DNA of 38,183 nucleotides from a virus (Duplodnaviria; Heunggongvirae; Uroviricota; Caudoviricetes): IMG/VR virus record IMGVR_UViG_2713896906_000008; one strand, 5' to 3'. Shown piece by piece: positions 9,590 to 17,337 of this stretch (position 1 is its first letter; each line of letters starts with the position of its first letter). The notes under the pieces were generated by a model. It saw only the letters and a program-made list of their open reading frames with translations, ran no database searches and was not told where the DNA came from. The position numbers and the translations under genes were made by a program.

Positions 9590-9762
9590 ATGGATCTTCC
9601 CAGTAGTTTTTCGAAACTGAAAACAACCGAGTGAAAGTTACGACACTTGAGCTTTTCACTTGGGTTATAATCAGAATACTTGTTTTCGTCCACAAATGTA
9701 CATGCCATGCATTAATGTGGTGATAGCTTTCAATTTTTACTAAATGGTTTCAATTGCTTCTT

Positions 9763-10308
9763 ATGAATCATGTAATGTTAGATATAGAAACATTGGATGT
9801 TGAAAAAACAGCTTATATCCTTTCAGTTGGTGCGGCTTTTTTCGTGCCGGAGACTGGCGAGATTGGTCCGGGTTTCTATCAAGTTATTTCGCTTGATCAT
9901 GAACAAGCAGGCAGAACCATTGCCCCCTCTACTGTAAAGTGGTGGATGAATCAAAGTACTGAAGCTAAAAACGAAAATTTTGATGGCACTAAGGACCTTT
10001 TAGAGGTTCTGAATGAATTTGTGGCATTTATTCTTCATAATCGTACTGGCCGAGTAAAAGTGTGGGGAAACGGGAAAGAGTTTGACTGCACGATCATGCA
10101 TCATGCCCTGTTACAGGCGGGTCTGGATTGCCCATGGTCATTCAGAGATACTCTTGACGTTAGAACCATCTTAGCACTTGGTGAAAGCAAAGGAATTTTT
10201 TCTCATGCTGATAAAAATTTCACTGGCATTAGGCACACAGCATTCGATGATGTTTTATTTCAGATCGCACAGGTTTCTCACATCTATATGAATTTAAATA
10301 AAAAATAA
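9763..10308 (+). CDS. DEDDh-type 3'-5' exonuclease-like protein (DnaQ-like fold)
   Basis: Exo I-like DIETL, Exo II-like NGKEFDCTIMHHAL, Exo III-like HTAFDD; first ATG in frame at 9763 (track start 9754 is TTG). Confidence 0.7.
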   Translation: MNHVMLDIETLDVEKTAYILSVGAAFFVPETGEIGPGFYQVISLDHEQAGRTIAPSTVKWWMNQSTEAKNENFDGTKDLLEVLNEFVAFILHNRTGRVKVWGNGKEFDCTIMHHALLQAGLDCPWSFRDTLDVRTILALGESKGIFSHADKNFTGIRHTAFDDVLFQIAQVSHIYMNLNKK

Positions 10309-10323
10309 ATATAGGACTTAGCT

Positions 10324-11235
10324 ATGGATTGCTTAGATGTAACCTATTGGACTGAGCTAGATGTTTTCGCACAGTATCCTGTTGGTGCTCGCTCTAAGGC
10401 ATTGGTTATTTCCCCTGATGTTGCCCCCCATGGTATCAAAGCATCGTGGCCGTATCTTTTTAAGAGAAGTATTAAAAAATACCCAGATCAATTTTGGTGT
10501 GAGATCGTTGCCTACAGGATTGGATTGCAGCTTGGTTTTAATGTCCCCAAAGCAGTTCCTTCGTTAAAGACTAATGATTTGGGGCATACGTTTTGCGGGG
10601 CCCTCATTGAGTGGTTTCATCATAAAGATTATGAGAAATTTGCTCCCGCTGGTGATTACTTTGTTCGAAGAGATCCAAATTTTGATCGTGAGAAAGGAGC
10701 TAAGCATTCCATTGAAGGGCTGAGGATTATCGCGAAAGCTCTTAAAGTTGACTATGTTGAGTGGTTGGAGAATATGGCTCTCTTTGACGCAGTAATAGGT
10801 AATACAGATAGACATCAAGAAAACTGGGGGTTTATCTTCTCCCCTTTAACCAGCGAGTGTCAGCTTGCACCATTTTTCGATAATGGTACGAGCTTATGCT
10901 ACGAACGCTTTCCGGAACATGTTGCTGATTGGACCGATCATAGACTCAGGGAGCATGTTAGCCGGGGAAAGCATCATTTGCGTAAGACTCTGGGCAAAGA
11001 TGAGTATCAGAGATTAGGTCATTTAGAGTTAATCAAAGAACTTTGTGATAAAAAAGAAGAATTAAAACAGCGGGTAGCTGAAAGACTGGCTCGTTTGAAC
11101 CATGACTTTTGGGACTCAACTTTTGCGGAGTTGACGGAAATAAACTGCCCTGTTCCGCTGACTAGAGAACGTGCTGCATGGATTGTTCGTGTAACAAACA
11201 TGCGTATTGAACTGATTAAAGGTGTTACTTCATGA
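10324..11235 (+). CDS. HipA-family serine/threonine kinase core (HipT-like, lacking HipA N-terminal subdomain)
   Basis: Catalytic-loop signature VIGNTDRHQENWGF (GNxDxHxxN of HipA_C) and LGFNVP matching HipA LGLNVP; AGGA SD. Confidence 0.8.
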   Translation: MDCLDVTYWTELDVFAQYPVGARSKALVISPDVAPHGIKASWPYLFKRSIKKYPDQFWCEIVAYRIGLQLGFNVPKAVPSLKTNDLGHTFCGALIEWFHHKDYEKFAPAGDYFVRRDPNFDREKGAKHSIEGLRIIAKALKVDYVEWLENMALFDAVIGNTDRHQENWGFIFSPLTSECQLAPFFDNGTSLCYERFPEHVADWTDHRLREHVSRGKHHLRKTLGKDEYQRLGHLELIKELCDKKEELKQRVAERLARLNHDFWDSTFAELTEINCPVPLTRERAAWIVRVTNMRIELIKGVTS

Positions 11236-11936
11236 CTATCTTAATAGAAAAAATTCCCATGCCAAGTAGGCTCTTACTGACATGGCAACCGACCGACGGC
11301 GGCTCTCGCTATGTCGTTGGTGAACTTCTTCAAGATGAGTCTGAAGGCTACGAGTTTAATTATCTTACGGATAGCAAAGATTTTGCTAAAGCTGGTGATA
11401 AAGGCTTTCACGGTTTTCCTGCTTTTGACATAAAAGTTACGACTCATCGCAAAGACGTTATGCAAACCTTTTCAAGAAGGTTACCCTCCAGGAAAAGAGA
11501 AGATTTTGCCGATTACTTGCTGACGTTTCGTCTTCCTGCTGATTTTAGAGAGAATGACTTCGTTTTGCTCGCTTGTACTGGCGGAAAAGTGGCTAGTGAT
11601 GGTTTTTATTTTGTCCCAGACTTGTCTTCTATTCGGCCACCTTTTGATTATGTCATGGAGGTCGCCGGAACGAGACACATGATTAAGGAAGGGCGTCTAG
11701 CTCTTGACGAGATATCAATTGGTGATGAAGTCATATTGCGCAATGAAGATACCAATACTGTTGATCCGCTGGCCATATTAGTAACGAAAAACGACAATCA
11801 TCTAGGATATGTCAACAAGGCATTGTGCGCCGCATTACGAGATCTTAGTAAAAACCATGATATCAGTGGAGTGGTCGTACGTAAAAATGGCTCTTCGGAT
11901 AGGCCTTTGATTTATGCAAAAGTATCTGTTAGATGA
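11232..11936 (+). CDS. kinase-coupled partner; N-terminus HipA-N/HipS-like, with C-terminal extension
   Basis: ATGA overlap with the kinase gene; LLLTWQPTDGGSRYVVGEL and FVLLACTGGKVASDG resemble HipA N-terminal segments (LVTWMNNQRVGEL; FDLLSEIGRDSVGA). Confidence 0.6.
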   Translation: MTILIEKIPMPSRLLLTWQPTDGGSRYVVGELLQDESEGYEFNYLTDSKDFAKAGDKGFHGFPAFDIKVTTHRKDVMQTFSRRLPSRKREDFADYLLTFRLPADFRENDFVLLACTGGKVASDGFYFVPDLSSIRPPFDYVMEVAGTRHMIKEGRLALDEISIGDEVILRNEDTNTVDPLAILVTKNDNHLGYVNKALCAALRDLSKNHDISGVVVRKNGSSDRPLIYAKVSVR

Positions 11937-12246
11937 TGCATGTTTATTCATGCTTGCTAGTGATACTGCATTCATAGAGTCTGTCAACTATGGAGATTTT
12001 TTCGTCTCATGCAACTACATTAAATTACCATTAAGTGGGTTGACGTTGCGGGGGAAGCATTACACGTCAGTATTGGTGCGTCTGAAGTGTCATGCCGAAA
12101 AGGTATGAAAAAGCCGCTTGGTAACATAACTATTCGCAATGATGTTGTAGGAAGCGAACTGGAAATGATAGCAATGGATGCTGTTGATGTAGTGTATGTA
12201 TATGCTGCATGAGTTTGCATGAACGTTTGAGGCTCGTTTTTGTTAA

Positions 12247-12272
12247 GGCCCGCCAGAACTGGCGGGCTTTTG
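12247..12272 (+). terminator. rho-independent terminator closing the rightward A-side operon before cos
   Basis: gcccgccag/ctggcgggc stem followed by TTTTG. Confidence 0.55.
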
Positions 12273-12316
12273 CTCATGTCATGCAGGTGCATGAAAACCA
12301 CTACATAAAGCGGGCA

Positions 12317-12335
12317 GGCGTGGCGGGGATACGAG
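12317..12335. other. candidate cos cohesive-end site
   Basis: GGCGTGGCGGGGATACGAG; its first 13 nt match the 186/P2 cos 19-mers as recalled (GGCG(T/A)GGCGGGGAAAGCA-); lies between the A-side genes and Q as in P2. Confidence 0.45.
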
Positions 12336-12422
12336 CGTGCGCAATAGGGTTATGTACAATAAATTTTTGACGATCTTCGAGTGTTATTAGCTTGAGGCTG
12401 TCAGGGAAAATGAATACAATAA

Positions 12423-12454
12423 GAAGCGCCTAGCAGAATGTTACTAGGCGCTTC
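12423..12454. repeat. 11-bp-stem inverted repeat (gaagcgcctag/ctaggcgcttc) between cos and the mini-ORF array
   Basis: Perfect 11-bp arms with 10-nt loop. Confidence 0.5.
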
Positions 12455-12487
12455 GAATACATAACCTGTATGACTTTCTTAACCTAC

Positions 12488-12595
12488 TTATCTTTTTGAT
12501 TTCTTCTTCGTATCATCGTGATCGAATACTTGGCGGGTAGGCGGCTTGCTGGGTGGTGGCGGCGGCGGTAAATTAGATTTCTCATTTTTGCTCAT
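12488..12595 (-). CDS. polyproline mini-ORF 3 (35 aa, MSKNEKSNLPPPPPPSKPPTRQVFDHDDTKKKSKR)
   Basis: ATG preceded by AGGAAA about 10 nt upstream; overlaps mini-ORF 2 stop by 14 nt. Confidence 0.45.
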   Translation of the reverse strand: MSKNEKSNLPPPPPPSKPPTRQVFDHDDTKKKSKR

Positions 12596-12719
12596 CTTTA
12601 TTTTTCCTATTTTTTGGATCATTGCCATAGCTTTCTCTAACTAACCGAGTGATTGGCGGTTTAGGTGGTGGTGGTGGTGGTGGTGCTTCATTTTTTTTAG
12701 GATTTTTGTGTTCGGTCAT
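12582..12719 (-). CDS. polyproline mini-ORF 2 (45 aa, MTEHKNPKKNEAPPPPPPPKPPITRLVRESYGNDPKNRKNKDEQK)
   Basis: ATG preceded by AAAGGA about 9 nt upstream; the track gives a longer 63-aa form starting 12773 inside mini-ORF 1. Confidence 0.45.
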   Translation of the reverse strand: MTEHKNPKKNEAPPPPPPPKPPITRLVRESYGNDPKNRKNKDEQK

Positions 12720-12834
12720 TTTTATCGTCCTTTCTGTCTCTTCGTAGTTGCCTTGCTTTTGAATCATCTTCAATAACGATCCTTCTTGCAGGTGGAGTAG
12801 GCCGAGGAGGTGGTGGCGGTAACGGTTTGGTCAT
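12697..12834 (-). CDS. polyproline mini-ORF 1 (45 aa, MTKPLPPPPPRPTPPARRIVIEDDSKARQLRRDRKDDKNDRTQKS)
   Basis: ATG preceded by AGGAGA 6 nt upstream; start overlaps stop of the 216-aa membrane protein gene (TAATG). Confidence 0.45.
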   Translation of the reverse strand: MTKPLPPPPPRPTPPARRIVIEDDSKARQLRRDRKDDKNDRTQKS

Positions 12835-13484
12835 TAAGTTCTCCTGACATTTTCAATAGGTATTATCAAATAGTTAGGGTCGTTATTTTTCCGCGGTGAT
12901 GCTGCATCTAAATCAGCTAAAAGAAATATGACTACTGCTGCGATAATTGGAATCCATGACCAGACAAGATACTTTGTTGACTCAAATAGTTTGCTGGAAC
13001 GTTCCTCATTGATATTACTGTTCCAGCTAGCACACTCTCTGATTTCTTGATGAATAAACTCCCAAAGTTTATTATCAGGGTTATAACTTTCATCGTATGT
13101 AAGTTCATTGTCATCGCAATATTTTTTATATTTCACCTCGTAACTAATCAGATCTATGTGATAATCATGCAATGCTTTAGGTGCAGGGCAATACTTAAAT
13201 TCATTTCCCCATATGACTTGTTTCAACAGAATTGATGATACAAGAACTAAGCCAAATGAAATTGCGGTACATAAAAATACTAGGCAAGCTAGCCTTGGGT
13301 GGGATTCATAAGATGTGTTTTTGGCGAGATAAGTAAGTATAGTTGCGGTAATGACAACTAATCCGAATTCGGCTTGAGCGCGAGTATGTATCTTGTCTTT
13401 ATTCTCAATTTCTGAGAAATAAAGTTTTTCGTAAAATTCTAATGCTTTATCCTTTTTCATTTTTAGATTCAGTGTGATGTCCAT
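12834..13484 (-). CDS. hypothetical 3-TM membrane protein (cargo between cos and Q)
   Basis: 216-aa ORF with three hydrophobic helices and a charged Cys/Tyr-rich central domain; AT-rich. Confidence 0.65.
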   Translation of the reverse strand: MDITLNLKMKKDKALEFYEKLYFSEIENKDKIHTRAQAEFGLVVITATILTYLAKNTSYESHPRLACLVFLCTAISFGLVLVSSILLKQVIWGNEFKYCPAPKALHDYHIDLISYEVKYKKYCDDNELTYDESYNPDNKLWEFIHQEIRECASWNSNINEERSSKLFESTKYLVWSWIPIIAAVVIFLLADLDAASPRKNNDPNYLIIPIENVRRT

Positions 13485-13505
13485 GTATCAAACATATCAC
13501 GATAA

Positions 13506-13534
13506 CAAAAAAAGAAAAGCCGCAATTCTGCGGC
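13506..13534 (-). terminator. rho-independent terminator downstream of portal gene Q
   Basis: gccgca/tgcggc stem with 4-nt loop followed on the minus strand by TTTTCTTTTTTT. Confidence 0.7.
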
Positions 13535-13544
13535 TGTAGGGAAG

Positions 13545-14582
13545 CTAATCTAGCGATAATTCGTAATTTGTGAACCCTATCGCGTTTTTATCCAGCCATT
13601 TATTAAGCTCCTCAAAGCGTCTCTGAAGCGGAATAAGTTCATTACGAACGAATACGCGGCTGGCCTTCTCCACATCCCCAAACCCCCCAACATTATTCGG
13701 CATAATCCCCATCATTTGCGGCGGCACGCGGTGCGCAGCCATCATGTCGTCGCGGCTGACATTTTTGATATTCAAAAACTCATCCTTCGCTGCGACTTCT
13801 GATAACGGGATAATCTGAAGTCCGTCCTTTTTGCCGTTAGGCGAGTACATAAACAGGTTGCGGAAGTTGCCTGGACCTTTGGCGCTTTTCATCGCGTTGC
13901 GGAGGTTGTTCACATCCTCCTGGTTCTGCGCGGCATCGGTCATGTACATGATGAAGCCTGCATGACTACCGTTAATGTAATACTTGCGGCGGAACAGCGT
14001 GGCGGATTCGTTGAGCAGGGCTGACGGAATGGCAGAAAGATAACCGGGCAGGCCGTAGATCTCCTGGTTGATGTCCGGTTCCATCAGATGAAAGATGCTG
14101 CCTTTTGTGAACTGATACGGCTGTGTCGTCAGGCTGTATTGCACAAACCAGTATGTTTCAAGGTCAAGCCCGCGCCGGGTGTATTTTGCCAGTGCAGGCT
14201 CCAGCGAAATAACTTCACCGAAACGGTTCGTGCGCTTCTCCAGGTAGCCGTTACCAAAAACCAGATAGTCCTGCACAAAACGGGTAAATGCCTGCTGACT
14301 GAGAAGACGATGCGGAATATAGGTACTGCTGATAATGTCACGCTTAACACTGATGGGGGAGCTGTGATGCACAGCGGCGCGGAAGGTGCGCGCCAGTCCG
14401 TCAAAGCTGACGGGCGGCTCATACCAGCGATCTGTCTGTACGCATTCCACATAGTCCAGCAGTTCGCGGCGGTCAAGTACTGGAACGGGATCACCGAAGC
14501 TGAATGCTTCGGCTGAAGTCTGGCTTTTATGCTGAATCTGGTTCGTCGACGCAGCGCGGTTCTTCTTACTCTTTCCCATCAA
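13545..14582 (-). CDS. Q: portal protein (P2 gpQ family)
   Basis: 345 aa, N-terminus MMGKSKKN..., size/position/order as P2 Q; ATGA-coupled to P. Confidence 0.92.
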   Translation of the reverse strand: MMGKSKKNRAASTNQIQHKSQTSAEAFSFGDPVPVLDRRELLDYVECVQTDRWYEPPVSFDGLARTFRAAVHHSSPISVKRDIISSTYIPHRLLSQQAFTRFVQDYLVFGNGYLEKRTNRFGEVISLEPALAKYTRRGLDLETYWFVQYSLTTQPYQFTKGSIFHLMEPDINQEIYGLPGYLSAIPSALLNESATLFRRKYYINGSHAGFIMYMTDAAQNQEDVNNLRNAMKSAKGPGNFRNLFMYSPNGKKDGLQIIPLSEVAAKDEFLNIKNVSRDDMMAAHRVPPQMMGIMPNNVGGFGDVEKASRVFVRNELIPLQRRFEELNKWLDKNAIGFTNYELSLD

Positions 14583-16345
14583 AAAATCTCCACAATATTG
14601 CTGGTATTGGCGGACTCGCCCTGCAGCGGTTCGTTGAACAGTGCGTGCATTGTTGCCCAGGCCAGATCGGCGTGGCTGGCTTCTTCGCTGCGGCTGGCTT
14701 CATAGGTCGGGCGGTTGCCGCTGGCGGTGGTTGCGCGACGGATTGCCATGAATGACTGCGCAATGTCGGTGTGTCCGGCGTCAAACTCCAGACGGCGGTG
14801 GCTGATAATGTCGTAGGCCTTGAGTACCAGGGCATTTTTAACATTGGGGTTATAGACAAACTCCCGGACGGCAGGAAAGAACGCTTTCACGTTCTCATAA
14901 ACCCCGTGACCAACGCCGGTCGAGTCGATACCGATATACGTAACGTTGTACTGTTCGGTGAGTTTTTTGATGGCGTCAGCCTGGGCGCGGAAGTCCATCC
15001 CGCGCCACTGGTGACGCTCAAGAATGCGGAACTTACCACCCGGCACGGCTGGCGGAGCCACCACCACGCATCCGGCACTATCGCCGTTCTGCGTACCTTT
15101 TGCCGGGTCATAACCGATCCACACTTCGCGCCAGCCAAACGGGCGCAGCGCCAGTGCATGAAAGTCGGTCCAGACTTCCCAGCTGTCCACCATGCACGCC
15201 TGCAGCTCGCTGAGCGGGAACACGGATGCGAGATCGTCCACGAACTCACACATCAGCAGGTTCTGGTATTCGTCCGGGCTGTACTCCATGCGCAACTGGT
15301 CGAGGTCGAACAGGTTACAGCCGCCGCGCACCGCATCTTCCACGGTGACTATCTGGCGGTATTGCCCGTCTGCGCACAGCAGGCCGGGGGCCAGATTGCT
15401 GTGGGACAGGTCGATGTCCACCTTGTCAGCTTTGTTGCGCCCACGGTTGAACAGCGCACCGGACCAGAACGGATAAGCACTGTGGGTCAGACTGGATGGT
15501 GTGGAAAAATAGGTCTGCCGCCATTTCTTGTGAATAGCCATACCGGAAGCCACTTTGCGTAGCTCCTGAAATTTCGGTATCCAGAAATATTCATCCAGAT
15601 ACAGGTTGCCGTGGTAACTCTGGGCCGTGCGGGCATTGGTGCCGAGGAAGTACAGCGTGGCCCCGTTAGGAAGCACCATCGGATCGCCTTTCAGCTCCAC
15701 CTCCACTTCTTTGGCGAAGTCGATGATGTACTGCTTAAAGACGTAGGCCTGAGCCTTGCTGGCGGAAAGGAAAATCTGGTTACGCCCGGTTAGCAGGGCG
15801 TCAATCAGGGCTTCACGGGCAAAGTAAAAGGTCGCGCCGATCTGGCGAGACTTCAGCAGGTTGCGGATGCGATTGGTTTTTCCGGCTTCCCACCAGTGGC
15901 GCTGGTAGTTGAACATGGAGGAATGGAAGATTTCTTCCAGCTTCTCAATCTGTTCATCGGTGAAAACATTCTTTTCCGGCTGACGGCGCGGGCCTTTGTT
16001 GCGGTTGGCGACGTTAGGGTTTAAGTCGGCTTCGTTGCCGCCATTGTTAAACTTGTCGATCCGCGCGTGGCGCTCAGACTGGCGCGCCAGCAGGTCAATC
16101 TCTTTGAAATCTTTCCCTTCTTTGTGCTCCTTCATAATGAGCTGGCAATAGCGTGCGGCGGTGGTGAGCTGCATCTGATCCAGCGGACCATAGTCACCCC
16201 ACTTGTCGCGTTTTTTCCAGCTGTGAACGGTTGCAACTTTCTCGCCCAGCATTTCAGCAATGCGGGCTACGCGGTATCCCTGAAAGTACAGCAGCATGGC
16301 CTGCCGACGGGGATCGAGATCTGCGGGTGTCAGTGTGGTGTTCAT
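14579..16345 (-). CDS. P: terminase large (ATPase) subunit (P2 gpP family)
   Basis: 588 aa, divergent from O across a late promoter region, as in P2. Confidence 0.92.
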   Translation of the reverse strand: MNTTLTPADLDPRRQAMLLYFQGYRVARIAEMLGEKVATVHSWKKRDKWGDYGPLDQMQLTTAARYCQLIMKEHKEGKDFKEIDLLARQSERHARIDKFNNGGNEADLNPNVANRNKGPRRQPEKNVFTDEQIEKLEEIFHSSMFNYQRHWWEAGKTNRIRNLLKSRQIGATFYFAREALIDALLTGRNQIFLSASKAQAYVFKQYIIDFAKEVEVELKGDPMVLPNGATLYFLGTNARTAQSYHGNLYLDEYFWIPKFQELRKVASGMAIHKKWRQTYFSTPSSLTHSAYPFWSGALFNRGRNKADKVDIDLSHSNLAPGLLCADGQYRQIVTVEDAVRGGCNLFDLDQLRMEYSPDEYQNLLMCEFVDDLASVFPLSELQACMVDSWEVWTDFHALALRPFGWREVWIGYDPAKGTQNGDSAGCVVVAPPAVPGGKFRILERHQWRGMDFRAQADAIKKLTEQYNVTYIGIDSTGVGHGVYENVKAFFPAVREFVYNPNVKNALVLKAYDIISHRRLEFDAGHTDIAQSFMAIRRATTASGNRPTYEASRSEEASHADLAWATMHALFNEPLQGESANTSNIVEIF

Positions 16346-16391
16346 GGCACAAACCTACAGCCTTGAATGACGGCTTTCCCCGCCTGCGGTT

Positions 16392-16409
16392 TGTGTGGTT
16401 GTCGGTACA
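16392..16409. promoter_or_regulatory. Ogr/B-type late-activator dyad TGT-N12-ACA (late promoter of O operon)
   Basis: TGTgtggttgtcggtACA about 80 bp upstream of O start. Confidence 0.6.
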
Positions 16410-16487
16410 AATACCGCGCATTGTTTCACTGCCCCCATCACCGCAACCATAAGGCTCCAGTAAGTTTTTTCTAACGGAGCACGGCTC

Positions 16488-17321
16488 ATGACAGTGAAAG
16501 CAAAGCGTTTTCGCATCGGGGTGGAAGGTGCCACCACCGACGGACGCGAAATCCAGCGTGAATGGCTGGAGCAGATGGCAGCCAGCTACAACCCGGCGGT
16601 GTATACCGCGCTGATTAACCTTGAGCACATCAAGTCTTATCTGCCGGACAGCACCTTTAACCGCTACGGCAAGGTGACGGCGCTGTTTGCTGAAGAAATC
16701 ACGGAAGGTCCGCTGGCAGGCAAGATGGCGCTGTATGCCGACGTTGAGCCAACGGAGTCCCTGGTGGAACTGGTGAAAAAAGGCCAGAAATTATTCACCT
16801 CTATGGAAGTCAGCCCGAAGTTTGCTGATACGGGCAAAGCCTACCTGGTCGGCTTGGCTGCCACTGATGATCCCGCCAGTCTGGGCACTGAAATGCTGAC
16901 ATTCAGCGCCAGTGCAGCCCATAACCCGCTGGCAAACCGCAAGCAGAATCCCGCCAATCTTTTTACCGCAGCAGAGGAAACGATTATCGAACTGGAAGAA
17001 ATCCAGGATGACAAACCGTCCCTGTTTGCCCGCGTCACGGCGCTGTTTACCAAAAAAGAGAAGTCCGATGACGCCCGGTTCTCTGATGTGCATAAGGCCG
17101 TGGAGCTGGTCGCCACTGAGCAGCAGAACCTGAGCGCACGCACCGAAAAATCCCTGTCTGAGCAGGAAGAACGCCTGTCTGAGCTGGAGACTGCCCTGCA
17201 GGCACAGCAGACCGCCTTTAACGAACTGGTGGACAAGCTGAGTCATGAAGACAGCCGGCAGGACTACCGCCAGCGTGCAACAGGCGGTAACGCCCCCGCT
17301 GACACTCTGACCAATTGCTGA
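16488..17321 (+). CDS. O: capsid scaffolding protein (P2 gpO family)
   Basis: 277 aa, position and size. Confidence 0.88.
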   Translation: MTVKAKRFRIGVEGATTDGREIQREWLEQMAASYNPAVYTALINLEHIKSYLPDSTFNRYGKVTALFAEEITEGPLAGKMALYADVEPTESLVELVKKGQKLFTSMEVSPKFADTGKAYLVGLAATDDPASLGTEMLTFSASAAHNPLANRKQNPANLFTAAEETIIELEEIQDDKPSLFARVTALFTKKEKSDDARFSDVHKAVELVATEQQNLSARTEKSLSEQEERLSELETALQAQQTAFNELVDKLSHEDSRQDYRQRATGGNAPADTLTNC

Positions 17322-17337
17322 TGGAGCACAAAACCTG

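Noticed and set aside
9598-9762. Perfect TATAAT hexamer at 9666-9671 as promoter of the exonuclease/kinase operon
   Set aside because: No acceptable -35 element at 16-18 nt spacing; kept only as a possibility, not called as a feature.
11914-12108. 64-aa plus-strand ORF overlapping the 3' end of the HipS-like gene
   Set aside because: No SD, overlaps upstream gene by 23 nt, no recognisable features; cannot be supported from sequence alone.
12540-12830. G/T-rich periodic DNA repeats (ggtggtggcgg...) considered as CRISPR or simple tandem repeat
   Set aside because: No regular repeat-spacer architecture; the repeats are polyproline codons on the opposite strand inside SD-equipped mini-ORFs, so a coding explanation fits better.
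14771-15562. 263-aa plus-strand ORF inside terminase gene P
   Set aside because: Antisense to a confidently assigned structural gene; typical GC-rich shadow frame.
16791-17246. Antisense ORFs inside scaffold gene O
   Set aside because: Embedded opposite a conserved late gene; shadow ORFs.
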